From: the human T2T-CHM13v2.0 reference genome, Homo sapiens
NCBI RefSeq assembly: GCF_009914755.1
Contig: NC_060944.1
DNA: 64,000 bases
Direction: 5' to 3' (one strand)
Shown here piece after piece: positions 17,600 through 53,804 of this stretch. A model generated the notes under the pieces. It had not been told where the DNA came from. It saw only the letters and a program-made list of their open reading frames with translations, and did no database searches. A program made the position numbers and the translations under genes. The stretch's first letter is position 1, and every line of letters starts with the position of its first letter.

Positions 17600-17990
17600 G
17601 AATGCTATGATAAGCCTGTGTACCTTAAAATGTGAGCTTCTAAATGGTCCAAATCTTTTGGGACGGCACCGTGCCATCTGAGACTGCTGTAAATATGATC
17701 AGCTGATAAAAGGCCAGCTGCAACTAACCATTTTAAAGATTAGGAACCATTTAAAAACACACACACACACACACACACCACCTCTGGCCTCTTAAGTGTT
17801 AAGTGGCAAGATACTCTGGTTTATTTCTAAAGTTTCATGCAATAATCACGTAAGCACCGAGCAGGACAGAATTCTACATACCGCCAAGCTGACTCAGAAA
17901 GAAGGGTTCCACATTCCTTAATTAGCAGCATGAGAAAAGCACCACTTCCTGCGGTGGAGTTCCCATTTCATCCAGCCACTCCACTGGCTC
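17600..17990. promoter_or_regulatory. Candidate enhancer
   Basis: Unique sequence with TGACTCA (AP-1, 17890-17896), ACATTCC (TEAD, 17911), ACTTCCTG (ETS, 17944) and GATAA sites. Motifs only. Confidence 0.35.
17757..17778 (+). repeat. (AC)11 microsatellite
   Basis: Direct read. Confidence 0.95.
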
Positions 17991-18258
17991 GGTACATCCT
18001 CAAGTCCACGAAAAAGATTTTCATAAAGTCTGGAGACACAGTGTTGTTTAATTTATTTCATTTTACTTTGTTTTGTTTTATCCTACTTTATTCTATTATA
18101 CTCTATCCTATTATATGTATTCTAATTTTTACAAATTGAAGATGTTTGTAATGACGTAGATTCTTTGTTTCTAGACTTTATGGATGCCTGTATATACTGA
18201 AATCACAGTTGGAGGCAGAGTAGGTGAACACTTGACCAACTTGAAAATACAGCTTCTA

Positions 18259-19329
<1,071 letters not shown>

Positions 19330-20764
19330 CTAGACTTTTTTCCTTTTTCCCTTTCTAAGCTTTTAAAGATTTTATGTCTGTCTTAGTTTTCAAGTTATAC
19401 AGCAAAACACTGTAGATCCATTACAGAAACACTAAAATTTTAGGGTATAAGAATTCAAAGCTTCTATTATCTGGAACACAAGGGCACCCCTCATTGCCAG
19501 TGTATTCTGTTGTGTTCTGTTTGCATAGAATCCAGCCTAAATGCTGCCCACCTGGAGTGAGTTGCTAGATGGACTGAAATAATCCTAGCAAACTTGTAAT
19601 GGTTTGGGCACAACCACTGCTCCTTTGCCATCTAGCTGGTACTGCTGCTGTTACCAGGTCTGTTAGATAGCGACCGATGAGGCCTCCTGGCCTTGTTGAT
19701 ATTTCTTTGCCTATCAGTGGATCGTTAGTTGGAGTATTTCCTTAGTCACAGACCGGCCTTTTATTGGGATGTTCTCAGTAGGAACTACATTTGCAGATAA
19801 CAGATGGTTATTTAAATAAGAATGTGAAAAATATATATACTCTTTCTCTTCTGGGGCCTAAGATGGTTTTTTGCTGATTCTTAAACCTGTAGCTGTTTTT
19901 ATGAGTGGATATCTGATTTTTTAAAAATCTCTCATGACATGTAAATGTTTAAGTTGTTTGAAAACATTTACATTTTCTGACCAGCCAGCAACACTTACAA
20001 TCTTCCATAGTTCCTAAGATTAAGAAAACAGGAGAAAGCTAGAGAGATTTGGCAAAGTATGTAATAACCTAGCAAGGAAATTCTTGAGCAAGAGTATATG
20101 GGTTTGAATTTATTGGAACATTTGAAAGCAATTAAATTTTTTTTCCTCCAAACTTATTTTTGTCCTTTTTAAAGCACACACAGGCAAACAACTGAAAAAG
20201 ATCATTGCAAGTAAAATGAATCATTAAGCTGATCAAGCCTAGAAACCACCACCAGAAGTATTTATAGCATTATTAGGGTGGAGTATCTATAATCCATTCT
20301 CAGACTTATTATAAGTCTCAAGATCCACCCTTTGAAAAGCTAATCCTATCCTCAATCTTCAAATTTAATTAGTATTTATTGATCTCATATGGAACGTCCA
20401 GCACAGTGTTAAAAAGGACCATCTTCATCAAAAAAAAAGAAAAATAAAAAAACAAAAAAATGGAAAAAAATAAAGAAATTAAAGAAAAAGCAAATGAAAC
20501 AAAAGGTACCATCTTCCAAATGTGAGAATAGGTGCTCAAATGATATCTATGGTTCAACTATACATGTGTGTTGAACAAATGTAAATAGCATATAGTAGAA
20601 GCCACCGTAAATGAATCAGAATGATTCAGGCTAACTTTACAGTAAACTAGAAGAACACTGCTGTTAGATCTGTGTATCTGCCATATTTCAAATACAAGAG
20701 TCCTCACATTTTACAAGGTCACTTAGGAAAGATTAGAGGACACACTCTAATATGCAATGTATAA

Positions 20765-27556
<6,792 letters not shown>

Positions 27557-27559
27557 TGA

Positions 27560-31313
<3,754 letters not shown>

Positions 31314-31730
31314 TAAAGGTTTTGTTTCATCTTTACATATTTTAAATATGTCTTACTATATATTTATATGTATACATAAATATTTCTTGTACTCTTTTAA
31401 TATGTAAGGAATAGTTTTCCATCTTTAAACATGTTTAATATGGTAAACATCCTTTTTTATGAAACAAGATTGAATATCAATAAACTAAACCACAAGTAGA
31501 AAAAACTATCATTTTTCATGGAGAATTCACAGTTCTTTAATGCTCTCATTCTGAATCTGAATAATCATTCATGATGAAATAGAAAGCACAAATAAGTTTT
31601 ACCCACATGGACTCTTCATAACATTCCCTGGAGGCTTCCTTTTTCAGACCAAATCTTTAATATCAGTTCTGTCCTTATGATTTATCTCTTCCTCCTTCAA
31701 AAGAGAAAGTAAAAAAAAAATAAAAATTAA

Positions 31731-31964
<234 letters not shown>

Positions 31965-33449
31965 TAATCCACCCACCTTGGCCTCCCAAAATGCTAGGAT
32001 TACAGGCATGAGCCACCGCGCCTGGCCTAAAGTCTCAGTTTTTATACATACACACACACATATTTTTTAATGTGGCACACACTATATAGAATATTGCAGT
32101 GCAATTTTAATGAGAAAGAAAAATGATCTTTGAGACACAACTGAAATTGAAGTACACAGAACTTATATTGTTCATTAAAACTTGTCTTTATTATACAGTT
32201 TCTAAACACTGAAGGACACAGGCAAAAGCTATGACCAGTATAAATTTAATTAAGCTTTCCATTCTGTGTATGATGAAAAGAACCGAAGTCTGTCATTTTA
32301 AAGTGAACTCCATGTAAATCCCAAGAGAAAAGTGTAAATGATTTTATTGTATGAAAAAGTTCAGTGAACTTTGAAATTCTTATTGAGCATAATAGACTTA
32401 TACTGATCAAACCAGGCCAGGTGAAGTGACTCACACCTGTAATCCCAGCACTTTGGGAGGCCAAGGTGTGAGGATCACTTGAGCCCAGGAGTTTGAGACC
32501 AGCCTGGGCAACAAAATGGCACCCCATCTCTATTAAAAAAAAAAAATTAAAAATTAGCTGAATGTGGTGGTGCACACTTGTGGTCCCAGCTACACAGGAG
32601 GCTAAGGGCAGGAGGCTTGCTTCAGCCAAAGACGTCAAGGCTGCAGTGAGCTATGATCGCACCACTGCACTCCAGACTGGGCAAAAGAGTGAGCCCCTGT
32701 GTCTAAATAAATAAATAAATAAATAAGAAAAAGCCAAACCCCATGATGCAAAAGATTTTGCCAATCCCCCTGCACCAAGAAGTGGTGTTCCCTCACCACA
32801 AACAGAAGATGTTTCATTCAGGGAATCCTTCACTAAAGGAAGACATAGTAAGCCAATGCAGCCAAAAAAATCATCTATGCAAAGTCCATGGCTGTCTTCT
32901 ATCTTTAGCATTACAGATCTCAGAATCAAATAGATAGAGGCTGAGTGGGGTGGTTTATATCTGTAATCCCAGCATTCTGGGAGGCCAAGGTGGGAGGATC
33001 ATTTGAGGCCAGGAGTTGAAGACCAGCCTGGGCAAAATAGCAAGACCCCATCTCTATTACACTTATTATTATTTTTTTTTGTCATTTTTTTTTTTAATTT
33101 TTGTGGAGAACGGGGCCTCAGTATATTGCCCAGGCAGGTCTCGATCTCCTGGGCTAAAGCTATCCTCCTGCCTCTGCCTCCCTGAGAGCTGGGATTACAG
33201 GCATGAGCCATTGTGCCCAGCCTTGAGGGGAGTTACAGTTCTTTTTTTGGTCTTTTTTTTTTTTATCTCTATTAAAAATAAATAAGGCTGGGCGCAGTGG
33301 CTCACGCCTGTAATCCTAGCAGTCTGGGAGGCCGAGGTGGGTGGATCACCTGAGGTCAGGAATTCAAGACCAACATGGTGAAATCCCGTCTCTACTAAAA
33401 ATACAAAAAATTCCCCAGGCGTGGTGGCACATGCCTGTAGTCCTAGCTA

Positions 33450-33557
<108 letters not shown>

Positions 33558-34049
33558 TCAAAAATAAATACATAAATAAAAATAAATAAAAAACAAATAG
33601 ATATAGAAAGAGGTTTATGACATGACTGATCTGTAATCTGAGAAAAATCCTATCAGTGTGCAATACATGAAAATCTTACCCTGGGCCGGGCGCTGTGGCT
33701 CATGCCTGTAATCCCAGCACTTTGGGAGGCCGAGGTGGGTGGATCATGAGGTCAAGAGATTGAGACCATCCTGGCTAACACGGTGAAACCCCGTCTCTAC
33801 TAAAAATACAAAAAAATTAGCCGGGCGTAGTGGCGGCACCTGTGGTCTCAGCTAACTCAGGAGGCTGAGGCAGGAGAATGGCGTGAACCCGGGAGGCAGA
33901 GCTTGCAGTGAGCTGAGATCGCACCACTGCCCTCCAGCCTGGGCAACAGAGCTAGAGAGAGAGACTCTGTCTCAAAAAAGAAAAGAAAAGAAAAGAAAAC
34001 TTGCGTAGTGTTTGCAAGTCAGCTTCTCCTTGGCACAGGAAATAGAATA

Positions 34050-34312
34050 CCCGAGGCCCATGATAATTTTAGGGGCCCACAAAAATATTTTTATTTTAAT
34101 TTATTTTAAGGACAGAAGAGAACATGAATAATATTCATATATATAGTAATATAAAGCATTCATATATAATATATAGTAATGAATCCAGCCTGAATTATAT
34201 TTCCTCTTCAGGCCAATGTAGTCATAAAATATAATTTTTCATATCCTTTTATGGAGGAAGGGGTCCACAAAGGCAAATATATCTCAGGCCCTTAAGAGTC
34301 ATGATTGGGCTG
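34050..34312. mobile_element. hAT-type MER DNA transposon fossil (subfamily uncertain)
   Basis: AGGGGCCCAC...GGGGTCCACAAA subterminal motifs around an AT-rich core, as in hAT-Tip100 MERs. Confidence 0.4.
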
Positions 34313-34529
34313 TGTATGCTATGGAAACCTGTAAGGAGCTTGGAGGTGGAGGGAGTTTGGATGAGGCTTCTAGGTAGGAGGGACCCATTGAGTGGAGACC
34401 TGAAGGGAGAATAGAAATCAACTACGCTAAAGGCAGGGCAGAGGCCAGGCATAATGGTTCACGCCTATAATCCCAATACTTTCAGAGTCCAAGGCAGGTG
34501 GATTACTTGAGATCAGGAGTTCGAGACTA

Positions 34530-35121
<592 letters not shown>

Positions 35122-35423
35122 TAAGTAGAGGGAACAGGATGTGCAAAGCCCCTGGGGTAGGAAGAAACAGGAACATTTGAAGAACTAAAAGAAGAAAGTA
35201 ACACTGGTTAGAGAAACTGCAGCCAGGGGAAGAATAGTGTGAAAAGAAACAGAAGCCAGTCAATGCTGGGCTTATAGACAATGGGAAAATATGTTCTGTT
35301 TTTTTCTCTCCTTTGCCTGATCTCTAGTTTGCTTACAAAAGGAAATAAAGATTTCCTTTTATTGGTTTGCAAATTGTACATGAGTATCTACTTTATCTTT
35401 TTTTTTTTTTTTTTTTTTTTTGA

Positions 35424-35582
<159 letters not shown>

Positions 35583-36256
35583 TAGTAGAGACGGAGTTTC
35601 TCCATGTTGGTCAGGCTGTTCTCGAACTCCCAGCCTCAGGTGATCCACCCACCTCAGCCTCCCAAAGTTCTGGGATTACAGGCGTGAGCCACCTCGCCAG
35701 GCTAGTTATTATCTTTTTCTTTCTTTCTTTTTTTTGAGAAAAGATCTCACTGTGTTGCCCAAGGTGGACTACAGTGGCATGAACATGGCACACTGCAGCC
35801 TTGACCTCCTAGGCTCAAGCGATCCTCCTGCCTCAGCCTCCCAAACTGCTAGGATTACAGGCATGAACCACCACACCTGGCCAGTTATTATCTTTTTAGT
35901 GCTAATAACCATCTAGGTTTTGGTTGTTTGTTAGGATTTGGAGATATCTCTGAAAAAAGAAGGAAGAAAGCATTCATGTTTCTTCATATAGAATGAACCA
36001 ATTTATAAAAAAAAGAAATGAACCAACTTCTTTGTCTTTCAGAAGTTTTCTTAGGTACTGAGATTTGATAGTGAGGCAGGATAATCCAGTTGTCATCATG
36101 ACTATTATAATTTGAAATGTTCCCAAAAGCTTTATGTCTGACTGTAAACATATTCATGAAGATTTTAGTTTCACAATACTTACTCTTTACCATTATAGAA
36201 CAAAGGTAATGTATTTTGGTAACTGTGAGGTAAAAGGAGAATTAAAACTGTAAATA

Positions 36257-36700
<444 letters not shown>

Positions 36701-36716
36701 TGAGCCGCGGCACCGG

Positions 36717-36752
<36 letters not shown>

Positions 36753-36753
36753 A

Positions 36754-36861
<108 letters not shown>

Positions 36862-36963
36862 TAGTTGGGACTACAGGCACATGCCACCATGCCCAACTAA
36901 TTTTTGTATTTTTAGTGGAGACGGGGTTTCACTATGTTGGCCAGGCTGGTCTTGAACTCCTGA

Positions 36964-37249
<286 letters not shown>

Positions 37250-37371
37250 TAGCCAGGATGGTCTTGATTTCCTGACCTCGTGATCCGCCCACCTTGGCCT
37301 CCCAAAGTGCTGGGATTACAGACGTGAGCCACCGCGCCTGGCCCCAACTTATTTATTCTTAATATCCACTA

Positions 37372-37658
<287 letters not shown>

Positions 37659-38123
37659 TGAATAGCTGGGATTACAGGTGCCCGCCACCACGCCTGGTTA
37701 ATTTTTGTATTTTTTAGTAGAGATGAGGTTTCACCATGTTGGCCAGGCTGGTCGTGAACTCCTGACCTCCGGTGATCCACCTGCCTCGGTCTCCCAAAGT
37801 GCTGGGATTATAGGCGTGAGCCACCGCGCTCAGCCAGGACTACTTTTTAAAATAATAAAGGCTGGGCACGGGCACAGTGGCTCACCCCTGTTATCCCAAC
37901 ACCTTGGGAGGCTGAGCCTGGAGGCTCACTTGAGCCCAGTGGGTTCCAGACAAGCCTTGAAAACATAATGAGACCCTGTTATTTTTTACAAATCGTAAAG
38001 ATTTGTAAAATCCTTGTAACATTGTGCCATCGCACCCCACCTTGGCCACAGAGCAAGACGTTGTCTCAAAAAGTAATAATTCGTTAAGAACTTAGACAAG
38101 GTCTATACATTGTGCTTGGTTGT

Positions 38124-39460
38124 TATTCTGCATCTATCATATATGAAGCCTGAAGCCTGATGCTGGTGCAGGGTGTGTACCTAAGAAAAGCACCTTCCTC
38201 TCCCCGCCTTGCCCCTTGGCGACGAGGCTCAAGGCTCCAGGCTGAAGAATCAAGTTGATCATCACAACAGCAGTAGCCTCCTAAGCACTCTCTGCAGCTC
38301 CACTCTAACTTCCCCTCCGGGCTCTTCTCTTCAGAGGTGCCATTCACGCCACTGATCTTTGTTGAGCTCCTACTGTATGCCAGATACGTCAGGACACATT
38401 ACTGCAAACAGAAACCTTGGTCTTCATGGAGGTGACAGCTTAGGGGTTTAGGAGGGGAGATTTTAAAAAATGATAAACAAGATAGTAAGTTAAATATAGA
38501 AAAGACAGATGATGATAAGCTGTTAAGAAAGAAGGATAGGGCCGGGTGCAATGGCTCATGCCTATAATTCCAATGCTTTGGTAGGGCAAGCTGGGTGAAT
38601 CGCTTGAGGCCAGGAGCTAAAGGCTAGCCTGGACAACACAGCAAGACTCCGTCTCTACAAAGAAAACAAATTTGAACAACATTTTTAAAAATTAGCTGAG
38701 CGGCCAGGCACAGTGGCTCAAGCCTGTAATCCCAGCACTTTGGGAGGCCGAGGTGGGAGGATCACCTGAGGTCAGGAGTTCCAGACCAGCCTGACCAACA
38801 TGGAGAAACCCCATCTCTACTAAAAGTAGAAAAATTAGCTGGGCGTGGTGGCGCATGCCTGTAATCCCAGCTACTCCGGAGGCTGAGGCAGGAGAATTGC
38901 CTGAACCCAGGAAATGAAGGTTGCGGTGAGCCAAGATCATGCCATTGCACTCCAGCGTGGGCACCAAGAGCAAAACTCCATCTCAAAATAAATAAACAAA
39001 AATAAAAATAAAAATTAGCTGGGCAGGCCGGGAGCAGTGGCTCAAACCTGTAATCTCAGCACTTTGGGAGGCCAAGGTGGCAGATCACCTGAGGTCAGGA
39101 GTTTGAGACCAGCCTGGCCAACATGGTGAAACCCTGTCTCTTCTAAAAATACAAAAATTAGCCAGGTGTGGTGGGCATGCCTGTAATCCCAGCTACTCAG
39201 GAGGCTGAGGCAGGAGAGTTGCTTGAACCCGGAAGGGAGACGTTGCAGCGAGCCGAGGTTGCATCATTGCACTCCAGCCTGGGCGACAAGAGCGAGACTT
39301 TGTCTCAAAAAAAAAAAAAAATTAGCTGAGCATGGTGGTGCCCACCTGTATTCCCAGCTACTTGGGAGGCTGAGGCAGAGGGAATCCCTTGAACCTAGGT
39401 GTTCAAGGCAGCAGTGGGCTAGGATTGTGCCACTGCATTCCAGCCTGGGTGACGAGAGAG
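38124..39460 (+). repeat. Copy 1 of local direct duplication (unique + L2 + AluJ; AluJ split by two AluS+ at 38702-39010 and 39026-39320)
   Basis: Colinear match to 41446-42460, for example GACGAGGCTCAAGGCTCCAGGCTGAAGAATCAAGTTGATCATCACAACAGCAGTAGCCTCCTAAGCACTCTCTGCAGCTCCAC is identical in both copies. Confidence 0.95.
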
Positions 39461-39483
39461 AGAGAGAGAGAGAAGAAACAGCG

Positions 39484-39896
<413 letters not shown>

Positions 39897-39897
39897 C

Positions 39898-41380
<1,483 letters not shown>

Positions 41381-41445
41381 ACCACATGATGTCACCATCC
41401 ATAAAACATCTGCTCTCCAGCCTAAATTTGCTCTCAGCTGAAAAG

Positions 41446-42455
<1,010 letters not shown>

Positions 42456-42460
<5 letters not shown>

Positions 42461-42657
42461 GAGGAAAGAAGAAGGAAGGAAGGAAGGAAGGAAGGAAGGA
42501 AGGAAGGAAGGAAGGAAGGAAGGAAGGAAGGAAAGAAGGAAGGAAGAGAAAGAAAGAGAGAAAGAAAGAAAAGAAAGGAAAGGCCGGCCACAGAAAGAAA
42601 AGAGAAAGAAGAGAAGAGTAAAGAAAAGAAATGAAATGAAAAGGAAGAAAAGAAAAG
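42456..42657 (+). repeat. Polypurine tract with (GGAA)15 at 42474-42533
   Basis: Direct read; derived from an Alu tail. Confidence 0.95.
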
Positions 42658-42946
42658 GCGAGGTACAGTGCCTCATACCTGCAATTTAAGCACTTTGGTA
42701 GGCTGAGACAGGAAGATTGCTTGAGGCTAGGAGTTTGAGACCAGCCTGGGCAATGTACCAAGACCTTGTCTCTACAAAAATTTTTAAAAAGTTATCCAGG
42801 CTTGATGGCACATGCCTGTGGTCCCAGCCACTCGGGAGGCTGAGGTGGAAGGATCACCTGAGCCCAGGAGGTTGAGTCTGCAGTGAGCCATGATCATGCT
42901 ATTGCCCTCTAGCTTGGGCAACAGAGCAAGACCCTGTCTCAAAAAC

Positions 42947-43102
42947 AAAAAAAAAAAAGAAGAAGAAGAGGAAGAAGAAGAAGAAAAAGAGGAAGAAGAA
43001 GAAGAAAAAGAGGAAGAAGAAGAAGGAGGAGGAGGAAAGGAAGGAAAGGAAAGGAAAGGAAAGGAAAGGAAAGGAAAGGAAAGGAAAGGAAAGGGAAAAG
43101 GG
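42947..43102 (+). repeat. Polypurine tract: (GAA)n/(GGA)n then (GGAAA)n
   Basis: Direct read; tail of the AluJ at 42657-42960. Confidence 0.95.
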
Positions 43103-43172
43103 ATAGGTTGAATAGGGATTGTGTGTGTGTTTGTAATTTTTGAGAGCATGGCCAGGGAAGTACTCCCTAAGG

Positions 43173-44138
<966 letters not shown>

Positions 44139-44139
44139 C

Positions 44140-46095
<1,956 letters not shown>

Positions 46096-46343
46096 AGGTA
46101 CAATAATTTTCTGCTATTTACATTCTGCATTTTCTACCCAAAAGCCTAGCAATGTACCCCATAAACACTCAGTTTAGGAGAAGGCTTTGGGCTCAGTCAC
46201 AGGCTTCAACACTAGACATGCAGGCAGTAACAGAGGGGACTTGGGAACCAGAGAGTGCACCTTCCAGACAAGGAGGGCAAGATAAAACATTCCTGAGTTT
46301 GGGCAGTTTTATATGACGATCAGGATAGACAACTATAAAATAA

Positions 46344-48712
<2,369 letters not shown>

Positions 48713-48719
48713 GAACGTT

Positions 48720-49680
48720 GCTCTTTAATGTTAGTATTTTGTTATCCCAAAGAAAGCTCTCAGACCACGGAGACTCTTAAAAGACAATATCAAATGTTTC
48801 AACAACTGACAAACCTCAGACTTCCTGTATTTCTGTAAGTTGCAGTTTTCCCTTCCTTCTTCTTCTAATTTGTTAATATCTCTGGGGCCACAGGCTCTCT
48901 CTCTCTCACACAGGTCTCTAACTAGATCAGTGGATCAAAGGTGAGGCTTTGCTAAGTAATCAGGGTAATTTCACCGGTGTAGCAAGCTATTAAAAACAGA
49001 CCTGCAGGGTTTTTCAAGGACAACCAAGGTATTGATTTGGCAACCAAAAACTCCTGTAGTGCAAGCAATAATACACCAGGGCCAGTGTTTCCAACACCGT
49101 CACAACTCCTCCCCCTCCCTGTCCCTAGTGACATTACAAAAGGCACAGCTAAGGCCGATACTCCAGCTCCTATGCCCCTGCTCCTGTCTTCAAAAGGAAC
49201 GTCACTGTTATAAATTAGACAAGGGAAGAAAAACCTCATCTCTTTGATGATTTTTTTAAAGAGCTTTGTTTTCCCACGCATAATTGTTCTTCCTATTCAT
49301 TATGCCTTTATGTAGACTTTGCTTTTTCCTTTAAAGAATACACTTCTTATGTAATTTGTTTTGCATTTCTGGAATGAGGAACTTTTCTGCTCATATTGTT
49401 GTTAAAATCTAGACAACACGCCCGTGTGATAGATCACCCTGAGCCTTGGAAGGAAATGATTCACCACAATACTGTAACTGAAAGTCGTCTAACACCAGGG
49501 CTGGAAGGCAGGCTATGAACCGCTGCATTACCTGCGTGCAGCAGCAATGGGAGGCAGCCAGAGGTTCCCTCGGCCTGCCTAGCTCACTTCAGCTTTGTTC
49601 CTGTTCTGTTTCCTCCGTCCGAGTAGCAGGATGCTGGAAATTCATCCTCCATTTTTAAGTTTTAAAAGAAACCCAAAAAT
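48720..49680. promoter_or_regulatory. Repeat-free ~1-kb island, candidate enhancer
   Basis: Unique sequence with residual CpGs (49420-49625) between Alu fields. No direct functional evidence. Confidence 0.3.
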
Positions 49681-49703
49681 TGTGATTTTTTTTTTTTTTT
49701 TGA

Positions 49704-49808
<105 letters not shown>

Positions 49809-50324
49809 TGAGTAGCTGGGATTCCAGGTGCCCAGCATATGCCCAGCTAATTTTTGTATTTTTAGTAGACTCAGTGTTTCACCATCTTGGTCAGGCTGGT
49901 CTTGAACTCCTGACCTCAGGTGATCTGCCCATCTCAGCCTCCCAAAATGTTGGGATTACAGGGGTGAGCCACTGCACCCAGCTGGGATTTTTAATAAGCC
50001 ACATCTGCCCAAATGGGCCTTTCCAGGCTACTGTCTTATAATTTTGCACTTAAATTTGTATTTAAACCACACATTAATGCACTGTATGGAAAAAGTGAAC
50101 ACCAAACATATCTATTACTAATAAAAAGATTTCAAACAATAAAGCCAAAAGAGCAGAGAAACTAAAAATAAAAAATATGTATTTTATTTTCCTCTGCATG
50201 TTTTTGGTGAAGGCAGATCATAGATTACGCCCATGTCAGAAACAATGCAATTTTATAATTCTTATGAAAAATGGGCCAGGCGCAATGGCTCATACCTGTA
50301 ATCCCAGCACCTTTGAGAGGCCTA

Positions 50325-50543
<219 letters not shown>

Positions 50544-50839
50544 CTAGTCTGGAGGCTGTGGTGGAAGAATCTCTTGAGCCTGGGAGGTTGACGCTGCAGT
50601 GAGCCAAGATTGTCACCGAACTCCAGCCTGGGCAACAAAGCAAGACCTTGTCTCCAGAAAAACAAAAACAACAACAAAAAAAACTAATTAATATTTCAGT
50701 AAAATTTAGGTATAAATTTGGCAAGAATATAGTTCTTCACTTTTTTTCACTATGCTGCTCTTTTCTAAAATCAATTGATGAAATTTAAAAATTCGAGTGA
50801 ATGTGTGTATGAAAACTGAATTAATCTGATATTTTCTTA

Positions 50840-51376
<537 letters not shown>

Positions 51377-51534
51377 TTAGAGACTGAGGCAGGAGAATCA
51401 CTTGAACCCAGGAGGCAAAGGTTGCTGTGAGCCAAAGATCATGCCACTGCACTTCAGCCTGGGCGACAGAGCAAGACTCTGTCTCAAAAAAAAAAAGAGT
51501 GGGCTGTGACAGATGGATGACAATCCATTGAAAG

Positions 51535-51729
51535 CAGGTCTCAGCCATCTAGGTCAATCTGGGCAGCTGCTTATTTCTGTAAATAAAGTTTTATTGGAAC
51601 ACAGTTGAGCCTACTCATTTACATATTGGCAATGGCCTCTGTTCTACTTCCGGTTAAGACAAAGCCTCTAGCGCTCAAAGCCTAAAACAGGTATTAGCTG
51701 ATGCTTTGCAGAATGTTTACTGACCCCTA
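51535..51729 (+). mobile_element. MER58A-like
   Basis: TGTAAATAAAGTTTTATTGGAACACAG...GTTTACTGACCCCT. Confidence 0.75.
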
Positions 51730-52369
51730 ATCTAAAGTATTTAGTACAGTTACTCGCATCTGGAAGATACCTGCTATTTATATGTTAAGTAAACTCAAAG
51801 GCAAAGATCAGCTTCTGTTTATCATTCTTCCTTTCCCTGGGTTCAGCAAAGGCCTTGCACATGTAGTGTGTGCTTTGTGAAATATGAAGTTAACATAATT
51901 CATGACAATAAAATATAATTGTCATGATATAGCATTCAGAGAAAGTTGATAAGTAATAAAACTTTGGGCACAGTTTCAATTTAAAATAATCCCAATCTAC
52001 TTTTTCAGTATTCCGTAATTTCAGTTAGAGTGCAAATAATTATGTAATATTGGAATGCCATTCAACTGGCTTGTATTTATGTGAAGAGAAGTTGGTCAAT
52101 GTGAAAGGAAACCAACATTACCATCTTTTTTTTTTGAAGCTGTAATGATCATAAAATGTAAATGCATTCTGCAAACTTCAAATAATGTGTTTTAATGGCC
52201 TAAACCCCTGGTAAAGTTAGCTTTTAGAGCAGACACAAAATAAAATTGGGTCCTGAATACTGGTTGGTGCATCATGGGGTAGAGGCAGAGGAAGAAAGAG
52301 GGGAGAGGCCAGGCGCAGTGGCTCACGCCTATAATCCCAGCACTTTGGGAGGCTGAGGCAGGCAGATCA

Positions 52370-52659
<290 letters not shown>

Positions 52660-53531
52660 TCACCACTCCAGCTGAAAATCAGTTCAAAGTAGAGCTCTGT
52701 GCCATACCAGTCCCCAGCGTGGGCACTTCTAATTACAGTCAATGAGCATTTTGTTTGTAAGGGAGAATTTTTTTTTTTTTTTTTAATAGGGACAGGGTCT
52801 CACTCTCTCGCCCAGGCTGGAGTGCAGCAGCATGATCATAGCTCTGCAGCCTTGAACTCCTGGGCTCAGTTGATCCTCCTGCCTTAGATTCCTGAGTAGC
52901 TGGGACTACTGGGACTACAGGTGCAGGTGTGAGCCACCACTCCTGGCCTTGGGGAGAATGTTAACTTCTAAGTAGAACTTAACCAGAGGCAACACTCAAG
53001 AATTCCCAAGAGCAGCAGGCATAGTGGCTCCCCCATGCCAGCATTTTGGGAGGCTGAGGCCAAGGATCCCTTCAGCCCAGGAGTTCCAGATGAGCCTGGG
53101 CAACGTAAGGAGACCTCATCTCTCTCTCTCTCTCTCTCTCTCTCCCTCTCTTTTTTTTTTTTTTTTGAGACAGGGTCTCACTCTGTTGCCCAGGTTTGGA
53201 GTACAGTGGCACGGTCTCGGCTCACTGCAGCCTCAACCTCTTGGGTTCATTGCCTCAGCCTCCCGAGTAGCTGGGATTACAGGTGTGCACCACCATGACC
53301 AGCTAATTTTTGTATTTTTAGTAGAGACAGGCTTTCACCAGCTTGGCCAAGCTGGTCTGGAACTCCTGACCTCAAGTGACCCGTCTGCCTTGGTCTCCCA
53401 AAGTGCTGGGATTACAGGTATGAGCCACTGCGCCTGGCCATGGATTTATTATTATTATTTTTTACTTTTTTATACAAAGACAGTAACCCCAAGAGGACAG
53501 AAACCTGCTCACAGCTGTATTTGGCACCTAA

Positions 53532-53804
<273 letters not shown>

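Noticed and set aside
51900-51927. 10-bp perfect hairpin TCATGACAAT/ATTGTCATGA with an 8-nt loop
   Set aside because: About one such stem is expected by chance in 64 kb.
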